Assembly: GCA_041601615.1 (NCBI GenBank)
Contig: JBFIHX010000001.1
Span: 224,001 to 288,000 of the forward strand
From: Thermoplasmatota archaeon
GTDB taxonomy: Archaea > Thermoplasmatota > E2 > JACPAO01 > JAHFTW01
DNA: 64,000 nucleotides
Direction: 5' to 3'
Positions 41,420 through 50,762 of this stretch are shown here, piece by piece. Every line of letters begins with the position of its first letter. The stretch's first letter is position 1. The notes beneath the pieces were generated by a model. It did no database searches. It was not told the DNA's origin and was given only the letters and a program-made list of their open reading frames with translations. The position numbers and the translations under genes are program-made.

Positions 41420-41755
41420 ATGCAATCGACCCCCGCCAGGCGGTCGCCCTGCCCTATGTCGCCGGCGCACCCTGTTTTTGTCGTTCCTAAGCCCACTCTT
41501 CAATTCCCACTCCTCCTTCGAAGCGCTCCTCCAAGCGTCCGATTGACCTACGCCTGCTTGCACCTTGGAATGGGCCACGACGGCCCGACCATTACGGAAG
41601 CAAGCGGCCTACCCGAACGCACCGTTCGCCACGCCGTGCGCTGGCTCGTAGACGAAGGCCTCGTGCGCAGGATCACCCGGCTCGCCGACACCCGCCGCAC
41701 CTTGCTCGTGCCCACGGACGCACCCGCCTGGACCGCCCCGGAGGTGCCCGCGTGA
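41420..41755 (+). CDS. Small archaeal winged-HTH regulator
   Basis: SVRLTY...SGLPERTVRHAVRWL...DTRRTL. Confidence 0.7.
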   Translation: MQSTPARRSPCPMSPAHPVFVVPKPTLQFPLLLRSAPPSVRLTYACLHLGMGHDGPTITEASGLPERTVRHAVRWLVDEGLVRRITRLADTRRTLLVPTDAPAWTAPEVPA

Positions 41756-42198
41756 CCATCCCTAGCCACGTAGACGTACGCGGTACTCGATTTGCCGGCG
41801 GGATGACAACCATCGGCGCCATCGCTGCGCTCTTCGTACCCCACCCCGCAATCGCAGCAACTTTCGCGTTGTTGCTGTTGCTTGGCGCCGTCCTTGGACC
41901 ACGCTGGAACCTGTGGAGCATTCTCTATCGCGCGCTCATCGCCCCGCGCCTGACCCCGCCTGGGCCCGAGCGCCTGGAGCCCAGTGGCCCACCGCGCTTT
42001 GCCAACCTGCTTGGTGGCGTGTTTCTGGCTGCCGCAGCCGCAAGTATGGCGCTCGACTGGCTGATTGCCGGCCAAGCGCTCGCGGGCATCGTCGGATTGC
42101 TGGCCTTCCTGAATGCCGCCACCGGCCTCTGTGTTGGCTGCCGCCTGTACGGCCTCTTGGTGCTGCGCCCCGCTGTTCGCGCTGCGAGGCGTGCATGA
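41752..42198 (+). CDS. DUF4395 membrane protein
   Basis: VDVRGTRF, PPRFANLLG and LNAATGLCVGCRLY. Confidence 0.85.
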   Translation: MTIPSHVDVRGTRFAGGMTTIGAIAALFVPHPAIAATFALLLLLGAVLGPRWNLWSILYRALIAPRLTPPGPERLEPSGPPRFANLLGGVFLAAAAASMALDWLIAGQALAGIVGLLAFLNAATGLCVGCRLYGLLVLRPAVRAARRA

Positions 42199-43121
42199 AC
42201 CAGACCACACGCCTCGCACCGGCCCCGTTTCGCACCGCACCCCAAGAGGCACTCATCGGCAACACGCCGCTGCTTGACTTGAGCCAGTTCGCGCCCGAAG
42301 GGACCAAAGTCCTTGCCAAGGCCGAATGGCACAACCCCGGCGGGAGCATCAAAGACCGCGCCGCCCACCGCATCGTCACGGACGCAATTCAACGCGGCGA
42401 TCTACGCCCCGGCGTGACCCTCCTAGATGCCACAAGTGGCAACACCGGCATCGCATACGCATGGCTCGGAGCCGCCAAAGGATTCCCAGTGCGCCTCTGC
42501 ATCAGCGAAGGCGTATCGAGAGAACGCCTTGCCATCCTACGCGCCCTCGGAGCCCAGTTCGAGTTTACGGACCCCGCCGAAACCACAGACGGAGCCATCC
42601 GACGCGCCCGCGAACTCGCCGCTGAAGATCCAGGCCGATTCTACTACGCCGACCAATACAACAACCCCAGCAACCCCGCCGCCCACGAACACACCACGGG
42701 ACCAGAAATCTGGCAGCAAACCGGCGGCAACGTCACGCACTTCGTGGCTGGCCTCGGCACCACCGGCACCCTCATCGGTACAGGTCGCTACCTTCGACCC
42801 AAAGGCGTCCAACTCGTAGGCATACAACCCGACCAAGCATTCCATGGCCTCGAAGGCCTCAAACACCTCGACACTGCCATCACGCCCGGCATCTTTGATC
42901 CCACCGGCGTGGATCAACAACTGGCCGTGGCAACCGAAGACGCACACGCGGCGGTACGACGCCTCGCCCGGGAAGCCGGCCTGATGGTCGGAATCAGCAG
43001 CGGCGCTGCATTCATTGCTGCCCTTCGCGTCGCCGAATCCAACCCCGGCGCCACCATCGTCACGGTGTTTGCCGACTCGGGCGACAAATACCTCACCAAT
43101 CCATTCTGGAGCCAACCATGA
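42195..43121 (+). CDS. cysM: PLP-dependent cysteine synthase family protein (CysM-like)
   Basis: IGNTPL, NPGGSIKDR, TSGNTG, GLGTTGT and GISSGA; ATGA overlap. Confidence 0.85.
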   Translation: MNQTTRLAPAPFRTAPQEALIGNTPLLDLSQFAPEGTKVLAKAEWHNPGGSIKDRAAHRIVTDAIQRGDLRPGVTLLDATSGNTGIAYAWLGAAKGFPVRLCISEGVSRERLAILRALGAQFEFTDPAETTDGAIRRARELAAEDPGRFYYADQYNNPSNPAAHEHTTGPEIWQQTGGNVTHFVAGLGTTGTLIGTGRYLRPKGVQLVGIQPDQAFHGLEGLKHLDTAITPGIFDPTGVDQQLAVATEDAHAAVRRLAREAGLMVGISSGAAFIAALRVAESNPGATIVTVFADSGDKYLTNPFWSQP

Positions 43122-44248
43122 ACCTGACCGATGCCGAACGCAGCCGCTACAGCCGCCACATCCTTCTGCCCGAAGTAGGACTCGCCGGCCAAGAACGGCT
43201 CGCGGCAAGCAAAGTGCTCCTGGTAGGCGCCGGTGGACTCGGTTGCCCCGCCGCCTTGTATCTCGCCGCCGCCGGAGTCGGCACACTTGGCCTCGTGGAT
43301 TTTGACGTAGTAGACGACTCCAACCTCCAGCGCCAAGTGCTCTACACCACCGACAGTGTCGGGCGACCCAAGACCCAGGAAGCCAAGGCACGACTCCAAG
43401 CCCTCAACCCACACATCCAAGTCGTTGAGCACCGCGAACCTCTCACGAGCGCCAACGCCGTAGACCTGATTCGACAATACGACCTCGTGCTCGACGGCAC
43501 CGACAATTTCCCCACGCGCTACCTCGTCAACGACGCCTCGTACCTTGCCGGGGTTCCGAACGTCTACGGCAGCATCTTCCGATTCGAAGGGCAAGTTTCC
43601 TTGTTCAACCACGAAAACGGCCCCTGCTACCGCTGCATCTACCGCGACCCGCCGCCACCCGGGCTCGTGCCCAGTTGCGCCGAAGGAGGCGTGCTCGGCA
43701 TCCTGCCCGGCGTCGTCGGCACCCTGCAAGCCACCGAGGCCATCAAGGTCCTCCTGGGCATCGGCAAGACCCTGCGCGGCCGCCTCCTGCTGTACGATGC
43801 CTTGGACATGCAATTCGAAGAACTGCGCCTTCGCAAGGACCCCGCCTGTTTGCTCTGCGGCCCCGAACCCACCATCACGGCGCCCATCGACTACGAGGCA
43901 TTCTGCAACCCCATCCAAGCCCAAGCCGAGGCGATTCCGGAAATCACGGCAGGTGAACTCGTCACCCTGCGCGCCGCTCGCCCCGAGACCGTCGTGCTGG
44001 ACGTGCGCGAACCGGGAGAAGTGGAAGTGTGCCGCATCGAAGGCAGCCTCCTGATTCCCCTCGTGGACCTCCCCCGCCGCGTCGAAGAAATACCCCGCGA
44101 CCGACCCGTCGTAGTACACTGCAAAGTCGGCGGACGAAGCGCCAAAGCCACCCGCATCCTGCGCGCCGCCGGCATCGACGCCACCAACCTGCAAGGCGGC
44201 ATCGACGCATGGCGAACCAACGTGCAACCGGAATTGGCACGGTACTGA
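43118..44248 (+). CDS. moeB: MoeB/MoeZ E1-like adenylyltransferase fused to rhodanese
   Basis: RYSRH, GAGGLG, SNLQRQ, CYRC, PSCAEGG, and rhodanese DVRE...HCKVGGRS. Confidence 0.93.
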   Translation: MNLTDAERSRYSRHILLPEVGLAGQERLAASKVLLVGAGGLGCPAALYLAAAGVGTLGLVDFDVVDDSNLQRQVLYTTDSVGRPKTQEAKARLQALNPHIQVVEHREPLTSANAVDLIRQYDLVLDGTDNFPTRYLVNDASYLAGVPNVYGSIFRFEGQVSLFNHENGPCYRCIYRDPPPPGLVPSCAEGGVLGILPGVVGTLQATEAIKVLLGIGKTLRGRLLLYDALDMQFEELRLRKDPACLLCGPEPTITAPIDYEAFCNPIQAQAEAIPEITAGELVTLRAARPETVVLDVREPGEVEVCRIEGSLLIPLVDLPRRVEEIPRDRPVVVHCKVGGRSAKATRILRAAGIDATNLQGGIDAWRTNVQPELARY

Positions 44249-44477
44249 CACCACCGGCCCCAAGCACGGCAGGAACGCGGGCGTCATTGGAGCTATGGGA
44301 AACACCGTAGCCGCCACCTCGAAGGACCAACCCTTGCAAGCATGCGACAGGAACTACAACGGCGCACCCGACGAACCACATCTGCAACCGGCCCATCCGC
44401 CGAAGGGTAACGAACACAGTTTTGCGCCCCACCGCGTCCTCTTCCTGCGCGGTCATCAATCCGTACTCGTGGTCCCC

Positions 44478-45356
44478 ATGACAACCAGCCAAATGCAACG
44501 CAAGCTCGCCACACCCAAGGAAGCAGTCGCCTTCGTCCAATCCGTCCAGCTTCCCCGCGACAGCGACACGGCCCCCAAGGCCCGGGGTTCCATCGACCCC
44601 TCCGCCGAAAAACCATCCCACGCGCCCGCTGCACCCAACAAAATGCGCTCCATCCAGGGCGAATCCGCGACGGTACCCGACGCGACCGCAAACCTTCGGC
44701 CCGACCGCCCCTCTGCCACCCTGGACGGCGCCAACCTCGTTGCATGTGTAGCCGGACTCGATGTGCAAAGCCGCCAAGACGTCATCAACTCCCTGCTGCT
44801 TGCCCAACTGGTCGCCGACCAAGCACACGACCGCGACCAAGACATGGAAGCATGGTACGACCGCTACTGCGATGTCCTCGGCAACGTCGGCTGGGCCTGC
44901 GGGTCCTTCCAATTCCAACAACACAACCTCCACGGCACCAAGGCGAACATGCAAACCCTCGTCCTCGAAGTGCTCGCCACCATCGCCACCCAAGACCACC
45001 TAGCCGCCGCCAAACTCGCCCTCGACGCCCTAGCCAAAAAAGCCGAACGAGGCGACCGCGACTTCCAAGTATGGAACAACGCCACCCAAAAAGACGGCAT
45101 CAACGTGTTCCAAATGAGCATCTGCAAAGGAGAAGGTGCCACCATTGGACTCCAATCCGCTGCTCTGCGCGTCCACACCCAAAAAGAAGACGCCCGATTC
45201 CTTTGGGCCGGCCAAACCCGCACCATCCTCCAGGTCCAAGCCGCCTCCATGAACATGCTCCTCGACAGCACCACCTACAGCGCCGTCCGCAGCCTCGTCA
45301 TCAAAAAACTAGGCCACCGACTCGCACACAACCTCACAAATCTCGACCTCGCCTAA
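44478..45356 (+). CDS. Hypothetical protein of a family familiar from bacteria and fungi
   Basis: QDVINSLLLAQLVAD...AWYDRYCDVLGNVGW pattern; start placed at ATG 44478. Confidence 0.65.
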   Translation: MTTSQMQRKLATPKEAVAFVQSVQLPRDSDTAPKARGSIDPSAEKPSHAPAAPNKMRSIQGESATVPDATANLRPDRPSATLDGANLVACVAGLDVQSRQDVINSLLLAQLVADQAHDRDQDMEAWYDRYCDVLGNVGWACGSFQFQQHNLHGTKANMQTLVLEVLATIATQDHLAAAKLALDALAKKAERGDRDFQVWNNATQKDGINVFQMSICKGEGATIGLQSAALRVHTQKEDARFLWAGQTRTILQVQAASMNMLLDSTTYSAVRSLVIKKLGHRLAHNLTNLDLA

Positions 45357-45464
45357 TGCGACTGCACTCCACCCGCACCCCCCAACGCGACCCAGCACCA
45401 CGCCCCCGGCCTCATTCCGCGCAGCACGCCGCCCAAATAGCCCCCCACCCATGTCCGACAAGCC

Positions 45465-47105
45465 ATGCGTGACGCTCTGCGTGCACACGCCCCCTCCGTC
45501 GCCGCCTTCGCCGTGATGATCGTGGTCGCCCTCGTCATGGCCGCCACCATCCAAGCCGGCGTTTTGCCCTCCAGCTCGCCCCTGCCAGCACTCCCTGCAT
45601 CTGCCCTGCCAATGCCCAGCGCCGAGCAGGACCAAGACCGAGACAGCTACGCCGACGAACTCGACCGCATCGACGGCGACCTCCATATCCGCCTCGTCGT
45701 GGAAACCATGGACGTACCAAGCAACGCCCTACCCTACCTCCAAATCGGCACCCAAGACGACCACTGGCGCCTCGGCGCCGGCGCCGAACAAGCATGGCCC
45801 CACATCGTAGACGCCGACTCGCTTGGCCACAAAGCCGGCAGCCCCGGCTGGCGAAACGACGTCCTACGCACTGGAGCATGGTGGATGAGCCAACCCATGA
45901 CCGGAGCCACCAAAGCCATCACCGAAGGCAGCATCGACCCCGACCGCGTCCCCCCCGGCGTAGTCTGGCCCCAAACCTTCTGGATCAACGTACGCGACGA
46001 TCGGCCCCAAGTCTCCTTTGTGGTCGAACTGCGCGACTCGAGACCGGACCCCGACGCACTTCTTGGCCAATGGACCCTCCACGTGGAAGTCCCCTCAGGA
46101 CTCGCCCGCCTCGACGACGGCCCCTTCCAAAGCACCAACACCACCCTCGCAGTCACTTCCGCCAAAGCCAGCCTAACGCTTCGCACCACCCTCGAAACCG
46201 GCCCCAGCCACGACGACGCACGCGCCTGGGCCGACCGCTGGGCACCCATCCTCCGCTTCGACTCCCTCGAACGATTCTACCCCGTGCGCGGCGAAGTGCT
46301 CCAACAATTCCACGGCATCGGCCGCCTCGACCCCCGCGACCAAGACCACCGCACATGGACCCGGGAATTCAACAACGCCCGCGACCCCTACATCCTCTTG
46401 CTTGCCGACTTCAACGGCGACCGCAAAACCGACCACGTCGACGCCGCCCTCCTGTACGACGTACTCGCCACCGGCCCCGTCGGCACACCCACCGTCTACG
46501 CCAGCGTACAACGCACCACCAACGACCAAGTCGCCATCACCTACTGGTTCCTCACCATCTACAACTTCGTGCGCGACGTCACCGGCAACGACATCCAACT
46601 CCTCGCCCACGCCGGCGACCGCGAATTCATCTCCCTCCTCTTCGACAACCCCGAAGAAGCGCGCAACGGCACACCCAGCAGCATCAGCTACAGCCAACAC
46701 TACCGAGGCATCCGCATCCCCAACCCCCAAGCAGGCGCCGAGCCCATGACCAACGGCACCCACCCCGACGTATTCGTTGCCCAAGGCAGCCACGCCAGCT
46801 ACCCCGTCGCCGGCGACGACCGCCGCTTCCGCTCCGCCCTCATCGGCTTCGGCGACGTCTTCGACGGCAAAGGCACAACCTGGACCCCCAACGACTACGA
46901 ACTGGAACTCCTCGAGGCGCAAGAATGGCATCTCGGATACCTCTGGGGCCCCCTCACCCGCCACAGCCGCGACCTTGGCACCACGCGCCAACCACTCCTG
47001 CAACACAGCTTCCAATACCCCTTCATCGACCCGCTCTCCTGGCACCTCAGCCTAGCCATCTTCGAAGCCGACGAACTGCACGAAGCCTACGGAGACACCC
47101 CATGA
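45465..47105 (+). CDS. Membrane-anchored extracellular protein with Vps62/NPP1-like domain
   Basis: WAPILRFDS.ERFYP, ITYWF, HAGDRE, YSQH and VFVAQGSHASY. Confidence 0.72.
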   Translation: MRDALRAHAPSVAAFAVMIVVALVMAATIQAGVLPSSSPLPALPASALPMPSAEQDQDRDSYADELDRIDGDLHIRLVVETMDVPSNALPYLQIGTQDDHWRLGAGAEQAWPHIVDADSLGHKAGSPGWRNDVLRTGAWWMSQPMTGATKAITEGSIDPDRVPPGVVWPQTFWINVRDDRPQVSFVVELRDSRPDPDALLGQWTLHVEVPSGLARLDDGPFQSTNTTLAVTSAKASLTLRTTLETGPSHDDARAWADRWAPILRFDSLERFYPVRGEVLQQFHGIGRLDPRDQDHRTWTREFNNARDPYILLLADFNGDRKTDHVDAALLYDVLATGPVGTPTVYASVQRTTNDQVAITYWFLTIYNFVRDVTGNDIQLLAHAGDREFISLLFDNPEEARNGTPSSISYSQHYRGIRIPNPQAGAEPMTNGTHPDVFVAQGSHASYPVAGDDRRFRSALIGFGDVFDGKGTTWTPNDYELELLEAQEWHLGYLWGPLTRHSRDLGTTRQPLLQHSFQYPFIDPLSWHLSLAIFEADELHEAYGDTP

Positions 47106-48028
47106 ACGCCCCGGAACCCACCACGGCGCGACCCAATATCCTCCACCACCCACGCATACAAGCCGCATGGGAACGCATCGCACAAGCCCTCCACGCCATC
47201 CACGGCAGCCGAGGCATCCTCGCCGGTTCCCTGGGCCTCTTGCTGCTCGGCCTCGCAGACCCCGCCCTACCCCGCGACCTCAACCGCACCCTCCTCACCG
47301 GCCCGCTCCTGCTCGTGCTCATCGCCGGCCTCCTCACACTCGCCCGCGAAGGAGTCGCCACCCAACAACGCGCCCGCACCCTACGCAACGACGAAACCGC
47401 CACGCGCAAAATGACCCGCCGCCTCCTCTGGCTGCTGCCCCTAACCCTGCTGCTCTCCCCACGCATCTTCCTTGCCGCCTACGGCGTCCCGCACCTGAAC
47501 CCACTCACCGGCGTCATCTTCCCCGACACCCAACGACACCTCGCACTCCTGTTTCTGTTCCTCCTCATGCTCCTTGCTGCCATGTACCTACGAAGCAGCA
47601 AACGCTACGCCCCCCACATCCGCAGCCGCCGCCCACGCGACCTGCCCCACGAAGACCTCAGCCACCAAGAACGAGACTGGCTCCTCTGGATGGTCATCGG
47701 CATAGCACTCGCCTGGGGCTGGCTCCTGCGCCCCTTCTGGCACCCCTTCAGCCTCCTCCAATGGCCCCCCAGCCTCAACAGCCTCCAACAAGGAGCCGCA
47801 GGCGTCGGCGCCCTCGCCTTCAGCCTCGCCATCCCCATGATGCTGTTTCTCAACCTCGCAAGCCACCTCAGCCTCCTACGAGACATCCAAATAGCCGGCA
47901 CCTGGCACAAAGACCGCCACATCGCCGCCATGGCCGCCATCCACGTCACCCTCTCCCTCACCGCCATCATCCTCCACGCCTACGACTTGCTGTGGATTGC
48001 GCAATACCGGAGTGCGGTCAGATTCTAG
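47102..48028 (+). CDS. Multi-pass membrane protein
   Basis: ATGA overlap with the upstream gene; about 7 hydrophobic segments. Confidence 0.7.
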   Translation: MNAPEPTTARPNILHHPRIQAAWERIAQALHAIHGSRGILAGSLGLLLLGLADPALPRDLNRTLLTGPLLLVLIAGLLTLAREGVATQQRARTLRNDETATRKMTRRLLWLLPLTLLLSPRIFLAAYGVPHLNPLTGVIFPDTQRHLALLFLFLLMLLAAMYLRSSKRYAPHIRSRRPRDLPHEDLSHQERDWLLWMVIGIALAWGWLLRPFWHPFSLLQWPPSLNSLQQGAAGVGALAFSLAIPMMLFLNLASHLSLLRDIQIAGTWHKDRHIAAMAAIHVTLSLTAIILHAYDLLWIAQYRSAVRF

Positions 48029-48113
48029 CGCCAACGCTGCGCGTTGGCGGCAGTACGGGGCCCTCCAGCGCCAACGCTGCGCGTTGGCGGCAGTACGGGG
48101 ACCTCCGGTCCCC
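48027..48113. repeat. 40-bp tandem repeat carrying perfect hairpins (REP-like or terminator-like)
   Basis: agcgccaacgctgcgcgttggcggcagtacgggg at 48027 and 48067; stem cgccaacgc/gcgttggcg; second hairpin ggggacc-tcc-ggtcccc. Confidence 0.85.
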
Positions 48114-48175
48114 GGACCCCTCGGAGCGCGGCACTCGCTTCGCGAGGCCACGCGGACTTGTACACCGTGAAAACT

Positions 48176-48871
48176 CTAGTCTGTCAAGAAGGGAAGTCTG
48201 TCAAATTCGGCCCTGTCTAGGGTCGCGAGCGCCGGGTTCTCCGTGCGCTGGGCTTGCAGGCTGCGGCTGGGGTATGGGGCGTAGTGGTGGCCGGGAAACA
48301 GCGTGATGTCTCCTTGCAGGGCCCGGATTTTTGCCATAGACGCAAACATGGCGTCCGTGTCGCCGCCGGGAAAATCGGTTCGGCCACAGGTGTTGACAAA
48401 CAGCGTGTCTCCACCAAACAGGGCTTGCGGACCGCCGGAGGCGCCGACGAGGAAGCACGTTGATTCCGGCTGGTGGCCGGGCGTGTGGATGGCTTCGACG
48501 GGAACGCCGCCGATTTGGAATGTGTCGCCATCGCTTAGGAACTGGAACCGCTGGGGCTCTTGCTGGACCTTCGTGTGGTCCCGAGCCGCCTCGTGGATGC
48601 GCGCCGTCTCGACCCCGCGCTCGAAGATCTCCGGAACCCCTCCAATGTGGTCCCAGTGGCCGTGCGTAAACAGCGCTTGTTTGATCTGAAACCCATCCGC
48701 CTTCACGGCTTCAAACAGCCGCTCCAACTCGAATGCAGGATCAATCACCGCCGCTTCCATGGTCTCGGGGTCGCCCACCACATAATGGAAGTTCTTGTGC
48801 GGGCCCGCCAGCACCTGGCGAAGCGCGAATGGAAATGCTGGCGCAGTAGCAGACACGTCCTCGAAGAGCAC
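48176..48871 (-). CDS. MBL-fold hydrolase (glyoxalase II / persulfide dioxygenase-like)
   Basis: THGHWDHIGG, HTPGH, GDTLF, CGRTDF and PGHHY. Confidence 0.88.
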   Translation of the reverse strand: MLFEDVSATAPAFPFALRQVLAGPHKNFHYVVGDPETMEAAVIDPAFELERLFEAVKADGFQIKQALFTHGHWDHIGGVPEIFERGVETARIHEAARDHTKVQQEPQRFQFLSDGDTFQIGGVPVEAIHTPGHQPESTCFLVGASGGPQALFGGDTLFVNTCGRTDFPGGDTDAMFASMAKIRALQGDITLFPGHHYAPYPSRSLQAQRTENPALATLDRAEFDRLPFLTD

Positions 48872-48929
48872 GCGCCGGGACGAACGCCTTGCGGTTTCAA
48901 GCTTGGCCCCCGATGGAACCGAGCCGCCG

Positions 48930-49364
48930 TTACACTTGCTGCAGCATATCGCCCACGTTCACCTCAACGCAGCCATGGTAGTCCACCAAAAAGTCCGTAA
49001 GAAGGGTGGCGCCGGAGCAGATGTCTAGCCAGAGTTCCTCCATCACGTCGCCGTTCGTGGAACGGGCACATTGGCTTGGGCCGCCCGAAACGCCAGTACC
49101 GGCGCCAGGAACCGATGGCTGCACGAACGGTTGGACCCGGACATCCAGGCACAGCGCTTGCGCCGTTCCCGGGATTCCTGCGACCGTGGCCACATCGGCG
49201 GTGACGAGCACTTGCGAGGGGTCCGGATCTACTTCGAGGTCCACGGACAGATGCGCGATGCCATCTGCGGGGGCTGCTGAGACTGTGGTGGACGAGGCGA
49301 GCAATGCAGTCAGCAGTCCAAAGGTTACGAGTTGTAGTTGATGGTGAGGGTGATGGTTTGTCAT
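48930..49364 (-). CDS. Small hypothetical secreted protein
   Basis: Signal peptide LVTFGLLTALLASSTTVSA; four Cys. Confidence 0.55.
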   Translation of the reverse strand: MTNHHPHHQLQLVTFGLLTALLASSTTVSAAPADGIAHLSVDLEVDPDPSQVLVTADVATVAGIPGTAQALCLDVRVQPFVQPSVPGAGTGVSGGPSQCARSTNGDVMEELWLDICSGATLLTDFLVDYHGCVEVNVGDMLQQV

Positions 49365-49672
49365 GGAGATTTTCTCCCAACCTCCACATGCACGAGCCAA
49401 ACTAAACCATATGGACTCCTTTGGGCCGATTCGGTCAAAGTGCTCAGCACGGGAAAAAGAAGGAAAAGGCCCGTGTCGCAGCACTACGGCAAGCCACCGT
49501 GATTGCTACCGCTTGGTAGAGGCGCGATGACAGCGGAGTTGAGGACATACGAGTAGGAGTAGGACACGCTGGAACCACCACTTTCCGCCTGGACGCGGGC
49601 CCAAAAGAGACGCTCCTTTTGGCGAATTCCGTGGACACCACCGTCAAGTACCCGCCTCAAGTCGCGCCACCC

Positions 49673-50644
49673 ATGGCAGAGACCGACGCACCTAAGCCCC
49701 TCCCGATGGCCGGACCCGGCGCCCCTGGCGGCGCCCAAGGTGGCCCCGTGGACCCACGCACGGCGGAGCGCCTGAAGCGACGGTTGCGCATCATCAACAA
49801 CATGAAGCGCATCAAGCACAAGTTCATCGTGGCAAGCGGCAAGGGCGGCGTCGGCAAATCGACCGTGGCAACCAACCTCGCTGCCAGCCTCGCCGCACGC
49901 GGCCACAAAGTCGGCATCCTGGACATGGACTTGACCGGCCCCAATGTCCCGAAGATGCTTGGCGTAGACCAGAGCGGAGTCGCAGAGCAAGAAGGCGGCC
50001 TCGTGCCGGTGCAAGTGACCGACAACTTGTGTGTCATGAGCATGCAATTCTTGCTGCCCGACCCCGACGAAGCCGTCGTCTGGCGCGGCCCGATCAAGAT
50101 GCAGGTCATTGGGCAGTTCCTGGGCGACGTGTCCTGGGGCGAACTGGACTACCTCATCGTCGATCTGCCCCCTGGAAGCAGCGACGAGCCCCTTTCGGTT
50201 GCCCAAAACATTCCCGACGCGGACGGCATGATCCTCGTCACGACCCCCCAGGAGATTTCCGTGGGCGACGTGCGCAAAAACGTCCGATTTGCTCGCAAAC
50301 TCGAGATGCCGGTGCTCGGCGTCATCGAAAACATGAGCGGCCTCGTGCTGCATGGAAGTGCCCCCGGTGCCACGAGCCTGACTCTGGACACGGGAGCAGA
50401 CACCATCACCGTCAACCCCGACGCCAGCGGCGCTTTCGAAGCCGTCGTGCATGTCTTTGAAGCAGGCGGCGGCAAGCGCATGGCGGAACAAGTGGGCGTG
50501 CCGTTCCTGGGCAGCGTTCCCCTGGACCCCATGGTCAACCGCATGGCCGATCGCGGCGAACCGTTCGTTCTGGACGAGGCACGAGGCCCAACGAGGGCGG
50601 CGTTTGAATCCATCATCGACGCCTTGACCAAAGACCACGAATAG
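49673..50644 (+). CDS. mrp: Mrp/ApbC/NBP35 family P-loop ATPase
   Basis: ASGKGGVGKST, DMDLTGP, VWRGP, DLPPG, VTTPQ and IENMS. Confidence 0.9.
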   Translation: MAETDAPKPLPMAGPGAPGGAQGGPVDPRTAERLKRRLRIINNMKRIKHKFIVASGKGGVGKSTVATNLAASLAARGHKVGILDMDLTGPNVPKMLGVDQSGVAEQEGGLVPVQVTDNLCVMSMQFLLPDPDEAVVWRGPIKMQVIGQFLGDVSWGELDYLIVDLPPGSSDEPLSVAQNIPDADGMILVTTPQEISVGDVRKNVRFARKLEMPVLGVIENMSGLVLHGSAPGATSLTLDTGADTITVNPDASGAFEAVVHVFEAGGGKRMAEQVGVPFLGSVPLDPMVNRMADRGEPFVLDEARGPTRAAFESIIDALTKDHE

Positions 50645-50762
50645 CTGGCATACCCCGCCAACCGGGCCGTTGTGCCGCATCGTTCTTGAAGTGCTAGAAT
50701 CGCTACTAGATGAACGGGTTCCGCGCCGACACCTTCTCGACTGCAGAACCACTTTCGGGCCC

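Noticed and set aside
44295-44477. N-terminal extension of ORF 44295
   Set aside because: It overlaps the decayed moeB duplicate; ATG 44478 is the more plausible start.
49535-49570. gagtag micro-repeat upstream of mrp
   Set aside because: Too short and degenerate to support a function.
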